DNA of 50,921 bases, filler included, from Jimgerdemannia flammicorona (Eukaryota): NCBI GenBank assembly GCA_003990765.1. It is 2 parts of 2 records of this genome, joined end to end, with 100 filler letters (N's around TTAATTAATTAA, not from the genome) between each part and the next. Parts side by side here need not be neighbours in the genome. Positions count along the whole stretch, not along the records: positions 25,513 to 50,921 come from RBNJ01000837.1; 1 more part is not named here. One strand, given 5' to 3'. Below the pieces are notes generated by a model. The model had not been told where the DNA came from, did not search any database, and was given only the letters and a program-made list of their open reading frames with translations. This document shows, piece after piece, positions 25,840 through 36,999 of the stretch. The number at the start of each line of letters is the position of its first letter. Within the stretch, counting starts at the first letter, position 1. Made by a program: the position numbers and the translations under genes.

Positions 25840-26327
25840 TACCAGCCCCTCACTCCTGCTCTCAGCACCCCATCCTCCATCAGTTCTATCCAGCCATACA
25901 TCCCGAACCATATTGAAATCTCCTCCAAGTATATCCAACCCAGCTTCAGCAAGGATCCCACTCTCCAGGAGCCCTTTCACCCAACCCACACACTCCCCCT
26001 GCACAGCAGGGCAGTAATAGGAGCCAACTGTAACTGGCTCCCAATCTGCACGAATCCACTCACCCCAGACCAGTCTCTCTCCCCAGCTCCTCACATCCTG
26101 TATCTTCCCTCTGCCTTTCTGAACCAGAATCCCAACCTTGCTGTTCCAAATCGCCATGCCACCCCATTCCTTAGTCCATTCCATCCTATCAGAATCATCC
26201 TCGCACCTGACATCCTGTAAGAGGAAGAGATTGGCCTCCAATCCCTTCAATCAAATAAAAATGTTCCTGCATCTAACTGCGCCCCTTAGCCCATTCACAT
26301 TCAAAGAAAAAATGTTAGTTGTACTAT
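25840..26327 (-). pseudogene. LINE ORF2 AP-endonuclease fragment
   Basis: (ATA for ATG)VQLTFFSLNVNGLRG...LFLLQDVR...GSYYCP...ILGGDFN. Confidence 0.88.
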
Positions 26328-26361
26328 TTATAATGAAATATGTTTTGTTTGCAATCAATTC

Positions 26362-28392
26362 CTACTGCTCCATGCCCATCTCCTCCTGTGCCATGTCCAG
26401 ATTATGTTCAGCCATCACCTCCTCCTCTTCAGCCCTCTGAGCCTCCAGTCCAGCCAACAGCTCATTCATCTCCTCATCAGCCTTCTCCTCAAACTCCTCT
26501 CTATACTCGATGCAAGCCTCCTGCCAAAGCTGCAACCTATGACACCTGTTCCAACAGTACTCAGCCTTCTCCCCAGCAACAACCGCCAACTCTGCCTCCC
26601 TCTCCTTATCCACCTCATACCCTTCCTCCTCCAGATACACTGCGAGAATTTCTGCCTTCAGTGCTATCGCCACTCCTTCCCCCTGCAAAATTCTTGCCCA
26701 GTGCTCGTCACCCATCCCATGCAAGTCCACCTCCCCCAGCTCTTCTGCTGCCAGGTTGTTCATCATCTGGTACATCCAAAGTAGGTTCCCCACCTCCTTC
26801 CCACCAGGAGTCACTGGCCTCCCTCCATCCAGCATCATGGTGTCAGCTCCAGCACTCGCATCCTCATCCCACACCTCCGGGATATCCACCAGTTCCTCCT
26901 CCCTGGCCACCACTACCTGGTCCCCATCCATTACCTCCGGAACACTGAATTTCACCTGCTGGGTCCCCACCATTGTCACGTCCTCCCCAGATTTGTTCCT
27001 GAAAGCCGGGCCATGCCTGATAAGAGGGGAAGGGGTGGGGGAGTTCTCCCAGACTTCCTCCCAAACCTCCAAGGTGCCATCTGCATATGGGTCACTAATC
27101 ATCCCCTCCTTTGTCTTCCCTGTCTTTGCCCCATCATTCCCACTCCTCTCACCAGCCCAGACACTTGCTCTGGCCCCTTCAGCTCCCATCTTCATGCTTG
27201 CATCCTTCTGTGGTCCACCCCCCAGTTTAGCCAGCAGATCCTTCTGCCTCTTCCACCCCTGAGCTCTTTCCCACTGCACCTTGTCCACTCGAATCCTCTT
27301 TCCATCCACTACCTCCAGGTGCGTCGACTCCTCAAAAGTCTTCCAGGCCTTGGCATGCCATTCCACAGCTCCATCCAGCTCCTCCAGCACTTCCAATAAA
27401 TCCTCCTCCTCTTCCTCACTTCCTTTCACCCACATCACCTTGCACAGGAATACACCCCAAACCATTTCCAAAGGCCAGTCCCTCATCTTCCCAGTAGCCT
27501 CCTTTCCAGTCAGCTGAATTCTCACATCCACATCCCCAGTCCTGAGCATGGTCTCTTCCCAGACCCTGAATCTGATATCCACCACCTCGCCATACTCTGC
27601 TATAACATCCTCCACTCTCTTCCTTGTCTCCATTGCCATCACCGTGGAGACTCCTTTCACCAGCAGTTGGACCACCCTCGGATCCCATTTCAAACACCTC
27701 GCCATCGGAACACACACCTCCCCAACCACCAACCCAACCCTCAGTGCCTCCTCCAGCAGTTCGGCCTCCTCAAAACCCACCTCCACCCCCTCCAGTCCCT
27801 TCAGGAACTTCACTGAAGCCACTCCAGCCACCTGCTTAGTGATAAGCCCCAACACCATTTTTGCCATCACTGCTAAGCCCCGGAAACACAGTATGACTGC
27901 AAATGCCGAGATCGACTTCTTGAGTAACGGAGCCACCGCCAGTCCCGTTACACCATCTGCCAGGTCCCCGGGCCTTGTGCCCTTCCCACCACTCGGCTCA
28001 CCATCAGCAGTCCCATCTAGATTTTTTTCCAGATCACCCATTACACCCCCATCAGCAGTCTCCGCCCCAGCTGCTACCCCCCCAGCTCCACCCTTATGGC
28101 CCTCCAGAGAGGTACCCCCAAGAGGTTGCTGCCTGGTAGCCTTCACCAGTACCTTCCCCTCTCATAGCCAGCTCTCCAGTCCAGCCCCTTGCCAACCCTC
28201 CTTCACCTTCTCCGCAAAGCTCACTCTGCCAGACCCTTGACCTCCAGCTCCACCCCCTCCTCCACTGCAGCCTCCTGCCAGCAGGCCCCTCATACTTCCC
28301 CCCAAGCTGGGGCCTCTCCCCACTTGCTGCCATTCAAATGCTCCAGGGCCACCCTGCTCAGTATGCACCTCCGGATGCTCATTGGTCGCCAT
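26362..28392 (-). pseudogene. LINE ORF1 protein (RRM-like core, acidic coiled-coil tail) with one in-frame TGA at 28162-28164
   Basis: ORFs 28162-28392 and 26362-28146 are in the same frame. VIAEYGEVVDIRFRVWEETMLRTGDVDVRIQL resembles the L1/Tx1 ORF1 RRM region. Lies directly upstream of the APE domain. Confidence 0.8.
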
Positions 28393-28490
28393 AATACTAG
28401 TAGCTTTTCTCCAGAAACTGTATTGAAAGTGTTGCCAAAGATTGTGTAACCTGAATGTTACCAGAGAAAGGTTGCCTTCCGCCTGAGACC

Positions 28491-31400
28491 TCTTCTATCA
28501 ATATGTCTTTTAAGAACTAAAGAACTACCTGATCTATGCCTCAGTCCTATATAATGTAGATCAAAGTCTAAAATTCACAACCACTACTAATGTATTGAAT
28601 TTTGCCATTAGAGCAGTCCTGTTATAAGATAATGGTAAAGAACATTATCTTATTGCTTTTGAGTCCCATAAGTTGGCCTCAGCTAAACAAAAGCTAGCCA
28701 CCTATGAGAAAGAACTACTGTCAATAATATATATACTAGATCACTAGTGATATTATTTAGAAGATATTGAGTTTGATATCATTACTGACTATCAATCTCT
28801 CAACTACTCTATTATACTTATAAGCCAAGTGGAGCCTTAAGCTTCAAACCTTTATCTGACAATTATCTATAATCCTGGTAAGATACTTGTAGTACCAGAT
28901 ACCTTATCAAGATACCTGACCTCACCACAATCATATAAGTCACCTTGGTATCAGAATTTCTAGATCAAATTAGATAAGCTTACAAAGAAGATATAGCTAC
29001 CACTAGAGTTTTCTCAAACAAGCTCAAGGATACATATACTGTTGAGAACAATCTGATCTATTATCAAGACCAAGTCTATCTACCTGAAAACATAAATCTA
29101 TATTATAAGGTTTTATAAGAACACCATGACTCTTCTCTTGCTAATTACCTTAGAATCAAGAAAACTGTCAAAAATATCTAATACTGCTATTATTGGTCAA
29201 ACATGATCAAGGAAATCAAGAACTATATTACTAGCTATAATCTATATTAGTGTAATAAGTCTACCAACTAAGTATCAACTGGTTTGCTATAACCACTACC
29301 AATTCCCACTAAAAAATTCGAGCAAGTTACAATAGACTTTGTAACTTAACTATCACAAACTCAATCTGATACTAACACTATTATCATATTTATTGACCAT
29401 CTGATCAAGACTACGATTGCTGAACCAATCACTATCAATGTTACTATATCTGAGATTGCAAGAATCTTCTTTAAGTCTATCTTCCATCACTATGGCCTAC
29501 TATGAGTAATTGTCAGTAATCATAATCTCAAGTTCACCAGTTATTTCTGACAAACTCTCTTCAAGACCCTGGGAACTCAATTGGCTATATTTACTGCCTT
29601 CTATCTACAAACTAATAGATAAACCAAGTACATGAACAGAACTCTAGAACAAATGCTTAGAAACTATATTTCTTATAAATAAGATAATTGGGACTACTAC
29701 CTGACCTATATAGAGTTTGCATACAACAATGCTGTCTAATCATCTACTGGTCTTTTCTCTTTTTAGTTACTCTATGATTAAGATCTCAAGATCTCTACAA
29801 GTTTAGTCTCTTTTAAGAAAAGCAGTCAAATATAAGTCCCTATCACTAAGAGTCTTATAGATAAAATAAATGAACTACTCAAGATTACCACCATAAATCT
29901 TTAGAAGGCTCAATAGTATTAAGCTAAGTATGCTAATAAGAAATACCATAATATCACTTATACTATTAAAGATCAAGTCCTACTGTCTACCAAGAACCTC
30001 AAGATATAATCTCAAGTCAACCACCTATTGAACAAGTTCCAATCTAAGTATATTAGACCTTTTGAAATTATCTTTTTTTTTTTTTTTTTTTTTTTAATGG
30101 ACTCATGTCCTGTGGATTTTTATTAGAAGAGAACCTAGACTATATAGGCCAAAACCCTCCCCCATCACCCACCAAGCACTGCCCCCCCATTAACCTAGGC
30201 TAGCTATTATCTAGCAGCTCAACCATACCAGGCGCAGTAGGGCCAATTAGGCCCACACCTCATTCTGTGCACCATACTCTCCCTACCACTAGAGAAAACC
30301 CAACCATATGCCAACAACCTAAAGTGCATGCCTGAGAACTCAATGTATATACAAGGCCATGCCCAAGCCGAATAGAATAGCCCCTGCCACCCCAAAGAGA
30401 ATGACAGGCAAAGAAAAAAACCCTCATCAAAGTACAACATGGTGGGTAGGGCCTGGTTCTCCCAGTTGAGGGGAGTAAAGGACTTACATATGAGGTGGGA
30501 GGAAACCCCCAATACCCCACTACTCAAGCTTGCAGGCCTCGATCACGTTGCCATGTCAGCTCCCAATTCCAGTTGAGTGCAGCCAAGATACCTGAAATGG
30601 GTAGCCTCGGGCCTCCTGACCCCCCCTGATGACTGGGGCCCAATCCTGCTGACCATCAAAAGAAGCTGATAGTGACACCTACCACCTAACCATGCCACAC
30701 CAATCAAAAGGCCCCACCGAAGCAGCATCTGCCCCAGCCCTGATGACTGCCCCCAGCCTAGCACCCTACTGGTTCACCATTATCACCCTTCCTCCTATCT
30801 GTGATGGCCATCTCCTCTCCCATCCTGACAATACCTGAAAAGCAGTCACTATGCAAGAACTGCACTTGCTGGGAAGCTTGCCAAAGCCAGAGGGCCCCAC
30901 CACAGACACTGAGGACCTGCAGATAACCTACACTGAGCACTTGATGCCCAAGGTCGGCTGACTCCCTACGTAGCCCGAGATACACCAAGACAATACCTTG
31001 TTGGTGATAGCAAAAGGAAGAAGGTGCTGCACCAAAATAAGTATACCCCAGATGCAGCCGAAGGTACCAGAATTCGCAAAAAAGTGGAGGAAGCACCGAT
31101 CCGACACCGATAAAGGGGCAACTAATCACCATTGCCCTCCTCCACCATGCCCCTGTGCACAGCAAACCAACCTGAGGTAGAGGGGGTAATAATAGGGGAA
31201 AGGGGACTCGGAAGGTCATCTACCAAACCTTGTGATCAGTAAGGTAGCAGAGAAAGGAGCTGTCTTTTGAAATTACCAAATAAGTCTCCACATCCTTCTA
31301 CTACCTCAAGCTACCTGAAACTATGAGAGTATGTCCAGTCTTTTATGTATTATATCTCAAGATCTAGTTCAAGACTTTAAGGCAAAATATATTGCCTAAT

Positions 31401-32124
31401 CTCTATAGTGACTTTCTTAGATTATCAACAACCTATAACAATAACCAGTACCTTATATATCAGAAGTTTACTTTGGGACCCCAGAACTAGTAGAATATTT
31501 AATAAACAAGAAGTCTACTGAAATAAAGCTACTAGCTAGATTCAAATCCCTTCTAGTTAATTAGTCTAATAATAGGCTCTCTGCTCTATATGAGGATAGC
31601 CAATCTCCACCAATATACTAATATAAGTTTGAGAAATTTTGGTTCTTAAGGAGAGAGGGATGTAATAATTTTACAGTCATATTTAGTCTTAATATATTTT
31701 CATGTCTTTTAGTTAGTCTTTTTTTATTATTTCTTAAACATTCTACTATATTCTGTCATCTTCTACTTGTTTAGAAATCTCCTCTTAGTACTTAGACATT
31801 ACTAGAACATTCTTGTCTTTCCTTGGCACTAAGTATCTTATCTTAGCTAGTTATAAAACCTTTTGGAACATTGTAGAATCATATTAGTCAGCTTTACTAA
31901 GAATCTATTTCTTGGCATTTCTCTTTTTTTCCAAGATCCTTCTGGATCTTTTTTTCAGATTATATATAAATATTTTTATTCTCTATCTAAATAAAGTCCA
32001 GAATATTTTCTCTCAGAAATCCTTCAAAAATACTTAAACCTTTAAGTATCTCTTTAAGCTACTTTAGATCAACTAGAACTTCCAGATTTAGCTACTTCCT
32101 CTTAAGAAAACTAGAACTATTATA
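28491..32124 (+). mobile_element. Degenerate chromovirus 3' half (RNase H, integrase, PPT, LTR 31661-32124), same family as 12836-18857
   Basis: TYEKELL RNase H motif near 28700; KKFEQVTIDF near 29310; MNRTLEQMLRNY near 29632. PPT AAGGAGAGAGGGA before TGTAAT at 31661. The LTR resembles the reverse complement of 12836-13240. Confidence 0.88.
30073..31263 (-). mobile_element. 1.19-kb retroposed insert (5'-truncated LINE tail or non-autonomous retroposon)
   Basis: T23 at 30073-30095, with AATAAA upstream on the - strand. 14-bp TSD CTTTTGAAATTA(T/C)C at 30059-30072 and 31264-31277. Interrupts the integrase GPF motif. Confidence 0.88.
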
Positions 32125-33200
32125 TACCACCTCTATATTACCAATACTGACTTCTATATTTACTTTCACTACTTTCTTTGTTATTTTTCCAGTAATATCA
32201 ATTATACTTCCTATGTCTATATTTGCTATAGTATTCATAGTAATCATTATACTTAATTAATTAGCTGAACTAGTTATTATTATATTAATTTTAAGTTTAA
32301 GTTCATTAGCTTTATTATCTGTACTTTTGACCTTATTTGGTACTGTATCTGCAAGATCTATAAAAGGTATTTTTCATCTTCATTACTATTATTTTCATGG
32401 TGCATTTCTTTATTTATTAGACTCATTATTATATAGGTATAGTTCATAAGTCTGTTACTCTTGTATATAGCTACAATTATAATATTATATATATCTAGAA
32501 GTTCTCTTGTAAGTACTATAATTCTTTTTTTATTACCAATGCAATTTACAGATATACTGAGAAAATTTACTTAATTTATCAGATTATCAATATAACTAGT
32601 ATATTTATAGATACTTTCCTTAGACTTTATTCATAGATTTAATAGCTGAGATTTTAGATAAAATTCATTCAATATAGATACTTACAGATAATAATTGCAT
32701 AGAGTTTTATATCTCATGAGCTATTATAGTATACATTATAAGCTTTGTTTGTAAATTTGACAATATGAATACAATCTTATATTATGCTCAGTAATTATTT
32801 ATAATATCATAATCTTGAATCAGTGTTTGTAGTTTTATATACTCTGTTAAGCCACATTTATCAAGAAGATTCATTATATAGAATGTCCAGATCATATAAT
32901 CTTTTCTCTCAAAGATTGAGATGAATCCTTTAACTATATTTATACTTATAACTGAGACTGTGTTTCTTATATGTACCTATTGAGATTATACATGTAGAAA
33001 TACTTATAATTGGTATATCCATATTACTGTCTATATTACTAGACTGATCATCTGATATTTCTAGTATAATATATATTAAAGATGTGTATTTTGCTATAGC
33101 TACTTAATACTAGCAAAATTTATAATCTTTATTATAAAGAAAGGTAATTATATAGATTGCATGTTTTATATATTACTGATAAATAACATAAAACTGATAA
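32125..33200 (-). mobile_element. Highly degenerate AT-rich repeat related to 7414-7900; possibly a DNA-transposon remnant
   Basis: Reverse-complement similarity to 7440-7750. Decayed coding-like sequence with no reliable motif. Confidence 0.4.
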
Positions 33201-33229
33201 AATAGTATAAGTTATATACTGATATATTA

Positions 33230-34488
33230 AGTTGCTATCTCAATAGAAACTATACCAAATTAGAAAGAAGGTCAAGGATTATATAACTAAGGTATAGGCT
33301 CTATAATTAAATAATATAGAAAAGATTTACAAGCTCTTAGAGATTATCAAGATAGGAAAGAAAGTTCTAATATATTGGAACATAGTAGAAGCTTTATAGT
33401 ATGAAAACTAGAGCCTAAGTAGAAAGGATCTTACTTTGTATAGAATATAAAAGAGACTATCTTTTAGATATAAAAACTCTCAGACATAATTATCTCTATA
33501 ACAATTTATCAAAACTAGCTCAAGAAGTATTATAACTAGCTAATAAAATAATACTGCAGTCCTTAAGATCACTAGTACTATATAATGAGTTATAGAAAGA
33601 CAGTAGTATTCTACTAAGTTACTAATTATAGAGAGATTCTTTAATAGTTTTCAGAGTATAGTATAGATATACTTATTATAAATTTTATATTTTAAGATCT
33701 ATCAGAACTGGACTGAGTTTTAGAAATACTTCAAGTTGAAATAGCTACTAAACTTAAAGTTAGAAATAGAAAAATAAAATTGGATTAGAAAGTGTCAGCT
33801 CTCTTATACTCAAATCACTATTACTAAAAAATATATATATAAGTTATTTAAGATGAATGAGTCAGCTCTAGCTTATTTCTAAAGAGTAGTCTCAGGAGAC
33901 TTCAAATATATCAGAAGATAATATTGAGAGAATATAATAATACAAATTATATAATATAAGGAAATTCAACTAATCAAGGCTTGGGAGTTTGAGTAAATAG
34001 AATATTTTAGAGATAAATTACCTATTCAGAAAGAGGTTGTGACAGTTGATCTAAATTAGTAATATAAATTAGAGGAATAGATATTTAATTATAATATCTG
34101 AATCCAATTTTCAAATATAGTATAACCTTATAAATAGTAGTTATTTTGCAAATATAGAAACTTTAACAATTACTAAAGATTCTATAGATATTGAAATTCT
34201 TACAACTATTAAAATCTCAGTAAATATCAAAAGATGCAATACTTATAAAAAGTAACTTATAGAAAATATAGTCATAACTTAGCCATCTTATAGCTAGTAA
34301 ACTTATATAAATATTTCTAGTATCTAAAGTAAATAAATCTCAGAATGAAATAGTTCAAAGCAAAGAGAAAGTAAGAGAACTAGTAAGCCTACAGATAGAT
34401 ATATTTTAGAGAACTCTGTAGAGTTAAAGAAGATTAAATTTTTAAGATACAGGAATTTGATATACAGTTATATATCTGCTATATTATA
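33230..34488 (+). mobile_element. Ty3/Gypsy 3' fragment (integrase tail, accessory ORF, PPT, LTR 34038-34488), same family as 22030-24374
   Basis: Colinear with 23110-24374. Accessory ORF ...KYFKLK.LLN...LSYTQITIT...IYKLFKMNESALAYF.RVVSGDF. PPT AGAAAGAGG before TGTGACAG. Confidence 0.8.
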
Positions 34489-34857
34489 ATATATAAATAT
34501 ATAACTTTATATTATACTCTCTTTTAGATTAATTTATATTACTCATCAGTAAGTGAGAAATATATAACTTATATAACTTTAATAAAATTATCTTTTGTAC
34601 TAAAAAAAAAAAACTATAAAAATTTATATAATTATAATATATTAATTAGTACTTTTAAACAATTTAAATTAATTTAATATCAAATTTAATTTGAAATTAA
34701 GAGTTAAACTTTAAAATATAATATAGCTTAATTAAAATATATCTATATTTAATAATTTTTATTATACTGAATCTATCTAGATATGATAAATCTAATAAGC
34801 TAAAAATTATTAAATTTAAATATATTTTTATTAAATTATTAAATTTTAAAAATCTAT

Positions 34858-36960
34858 TGTATCATGCGGTTGATATCTCTAGTTGCTTCAAGTACAGCTC
34901 AATGTGCCACTTGGTGGAGTGCACGGTATATGACTGAGTGCATTTGTGATGATTGCAGGTTGATGGTCATATGATCGGTTCGTCCGATTCATATGGTGGA
35001 GGCTTGGTTATTTAGTGGTTGATGAATTTTCCTAGTGGCAAATTACTTCTTGAATGTATATGGTTTGTGGCACAGCGGGTAAAAGGGGAACTCATCCATC
35101 TGACTTGTTAGGTGAATAACAACAATGCTGGCTTTTCTAAGCTAAGTATCCTTGGGTTCCTTGGCTGGGGTCTTAACACTTGAATGGTGGGTCTCGAATG
35201 TGCAGTCTTGAACCTCGAATGGCAGTTGGTTCTGAATGCACAGTGGTCAGGTCGAATGCACGATAGTTGGGCTGGCAGGATCTCAGCGGCAGTTGGCAGT
35301 TTTTATGTGGCTTTTCCTTTAGCAGTGGATCTTTAAACTGAACTAAATGGCTTTTCATGTGGCTTTCCTTAGCAGCGAATCTTGAATGTTTTCCATGGTA
35401 AGAGAAAATTCTTTAACTCAAACCTCGAGTGATCATTGCTCTAGTTATCTTGTTCTCAGAATTTATCTGGTCTCTTGGAGGCAGTGAGGTTTCTTTGTAA
35501 TCCTTTTTACTTTTAAACACAAACTGACTGAGGTTTATTCACTCTAAGATATAGGGTTATTTATACAAATTTGCTAGCTATAGGGGTGGGCTAAGGTATA
35601 CTATGTTGTGGTGGTTTAATTGCTGAATATGGGTGTAACAATTGTTTGCACCGAATTGGGATAAGATGAGTGCTAGTGCTGGATATGGATGTTGCAATTG
35701 TTTGCGCTGAATTGAAATAAGATGAGTGCTAGTACTGGATATGAATATTGTGGATGGTATCACTGAAAATGGATGTTGCTGACTTGTTGACAAACGTTGG
35801 CTGACCGGACTGAGGAAACAGACATTGAATCACTGAATGGTAAAGTACCCTTCATCAGTGATCCAATCATCTTGCTGGGTTGTGACTTCTTCATCCTATT
35901 CTTCAAAGGGTGGGAGCGCTGGCCAGGAGGTGAGGGGGTAGAATTGTGGCCAATCATCTTTGATGACATTCTCCAACCCTTAGACTGCTTGAAGGCAGAC
36001 AGAGGATTGATAGATTCTTTGTTCCTCCTCTTCTTCTTCCTCAGATCCTTCAGTTTCTGTATTGGTAGGAACTTCTGGGACTTCTTGATTTGGTTCCCAA
36101 ATGATGAGGTGCGAATTGTAGCTGACAGGGAGGTGAGTAGTTGGGGTTGCTCCAACAGGTGTTGTAATGGTAATGGGTGGTCCTTCGAAGATTTCCATGA
36201 GACTCATTAGGTGACCTTGATGGTTGTCTCAGAGTGGAGTGGTGTGAAAGCCTGGTTGAGTGGGCTCAGTTTGTTGGCTTTCTACAGCAACCTGGTTACT
36301 ACCAATAGAGTCGGCTACTTCTGATTCTATCCAGTCTGCATCTTCAGTTGAGAGATGGGCAAGACTTACAGCAGTCACTCCTTGTAAGTATGCTATAGCC
36401 CAGGGAATATGGCAGAAGATTTGGTAGACACAGAGAGCTCTCTTGATTAGCCAGCTGGTGGTTAACATTTTGGCAATGAGGTCTTTCTGGTCACCTTCTT
36501 GGGTTTCATTATGAAGGCGGTGTCCAATTTCGTAATCATACCAGAGGGTCATTCATTCAGTGGTATCTTTGAGCTGTTGGGTCATTATGTACCGGTAATT
36601 GATGAAGTGTCCAAGATTCTCGGTGTAGAAGTTCAGATGTTCAGAGGTGTTTGGGTGCCAAATAGCCTTTTTGATAGCTTCAAGGATTAGAGTCTTTGGG
36701 CCAGGCAAGGGGGAAGAGTGGCGGGAGGTCTGGTTGGGGCAGCAGATGAGGTATTGTGTAGTGAGTACTTGTTCTTTGGTACTGATTCCTGAGGTGGAGT
36801 ATGGTTTTTTAAATAACATAGTCTTCCTTTTGGCTCGGATTATCATTGCTCCTTTTGGGGTGATCACCTAATGGGTCAGGCTGTCTATTCGATTGTCATG
36901 CCATTATGTCATCTGATCTTAGCAGTCACCAGTACTCCATTGTTAATTACATACATCACA
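34858..36960 (-). repeat. 3' LTR (2103 bp)
   Basis: TGT...ACA termini; direct repeat of 44821-46952. Confidence 0.95.
35840..36754 (-). pseudogene. LTR-encoded accessory protein, 3' LTR copy
   Basis: ORFs 36553-36867, 36229-36552 and 35980-36207 are in one frame. The start codon appears mutated to ATA at 36752-36754. Confidence 0.72.
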
Positions 36961-36999
36961 TCTGCCTCTTGCAAAATTAGAGCCGTCCTCAGTGGTGAG

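Larger units (their letters stand above)
25836..28490 (-). mobile_element. L1/Tx1-like LINE 5' half (5' UTR, ORF1, APE domain of ORF2), truncated by the tandem repeat
   Basis: ORF1 followed by an endonuclease with FSLNVNGLRG, LLQD, YYCP and LGGDFN motifs. The right boundary abuts chromovirus pol homology starting at 28491. Confidence 0.9.

Noticed and set aside
25465..26220. Cys-rich, Arg-Ala-rich and collagen-like ORFs
   Set aside because: By-products of a stop-free 9-bp tandem repeat read in several frames.
26138..28449. Long + strand Ser/Pro-rich ORFs
   Set aside because: Antisense shadows of the purine-rich LINE ORF1/ORF2.
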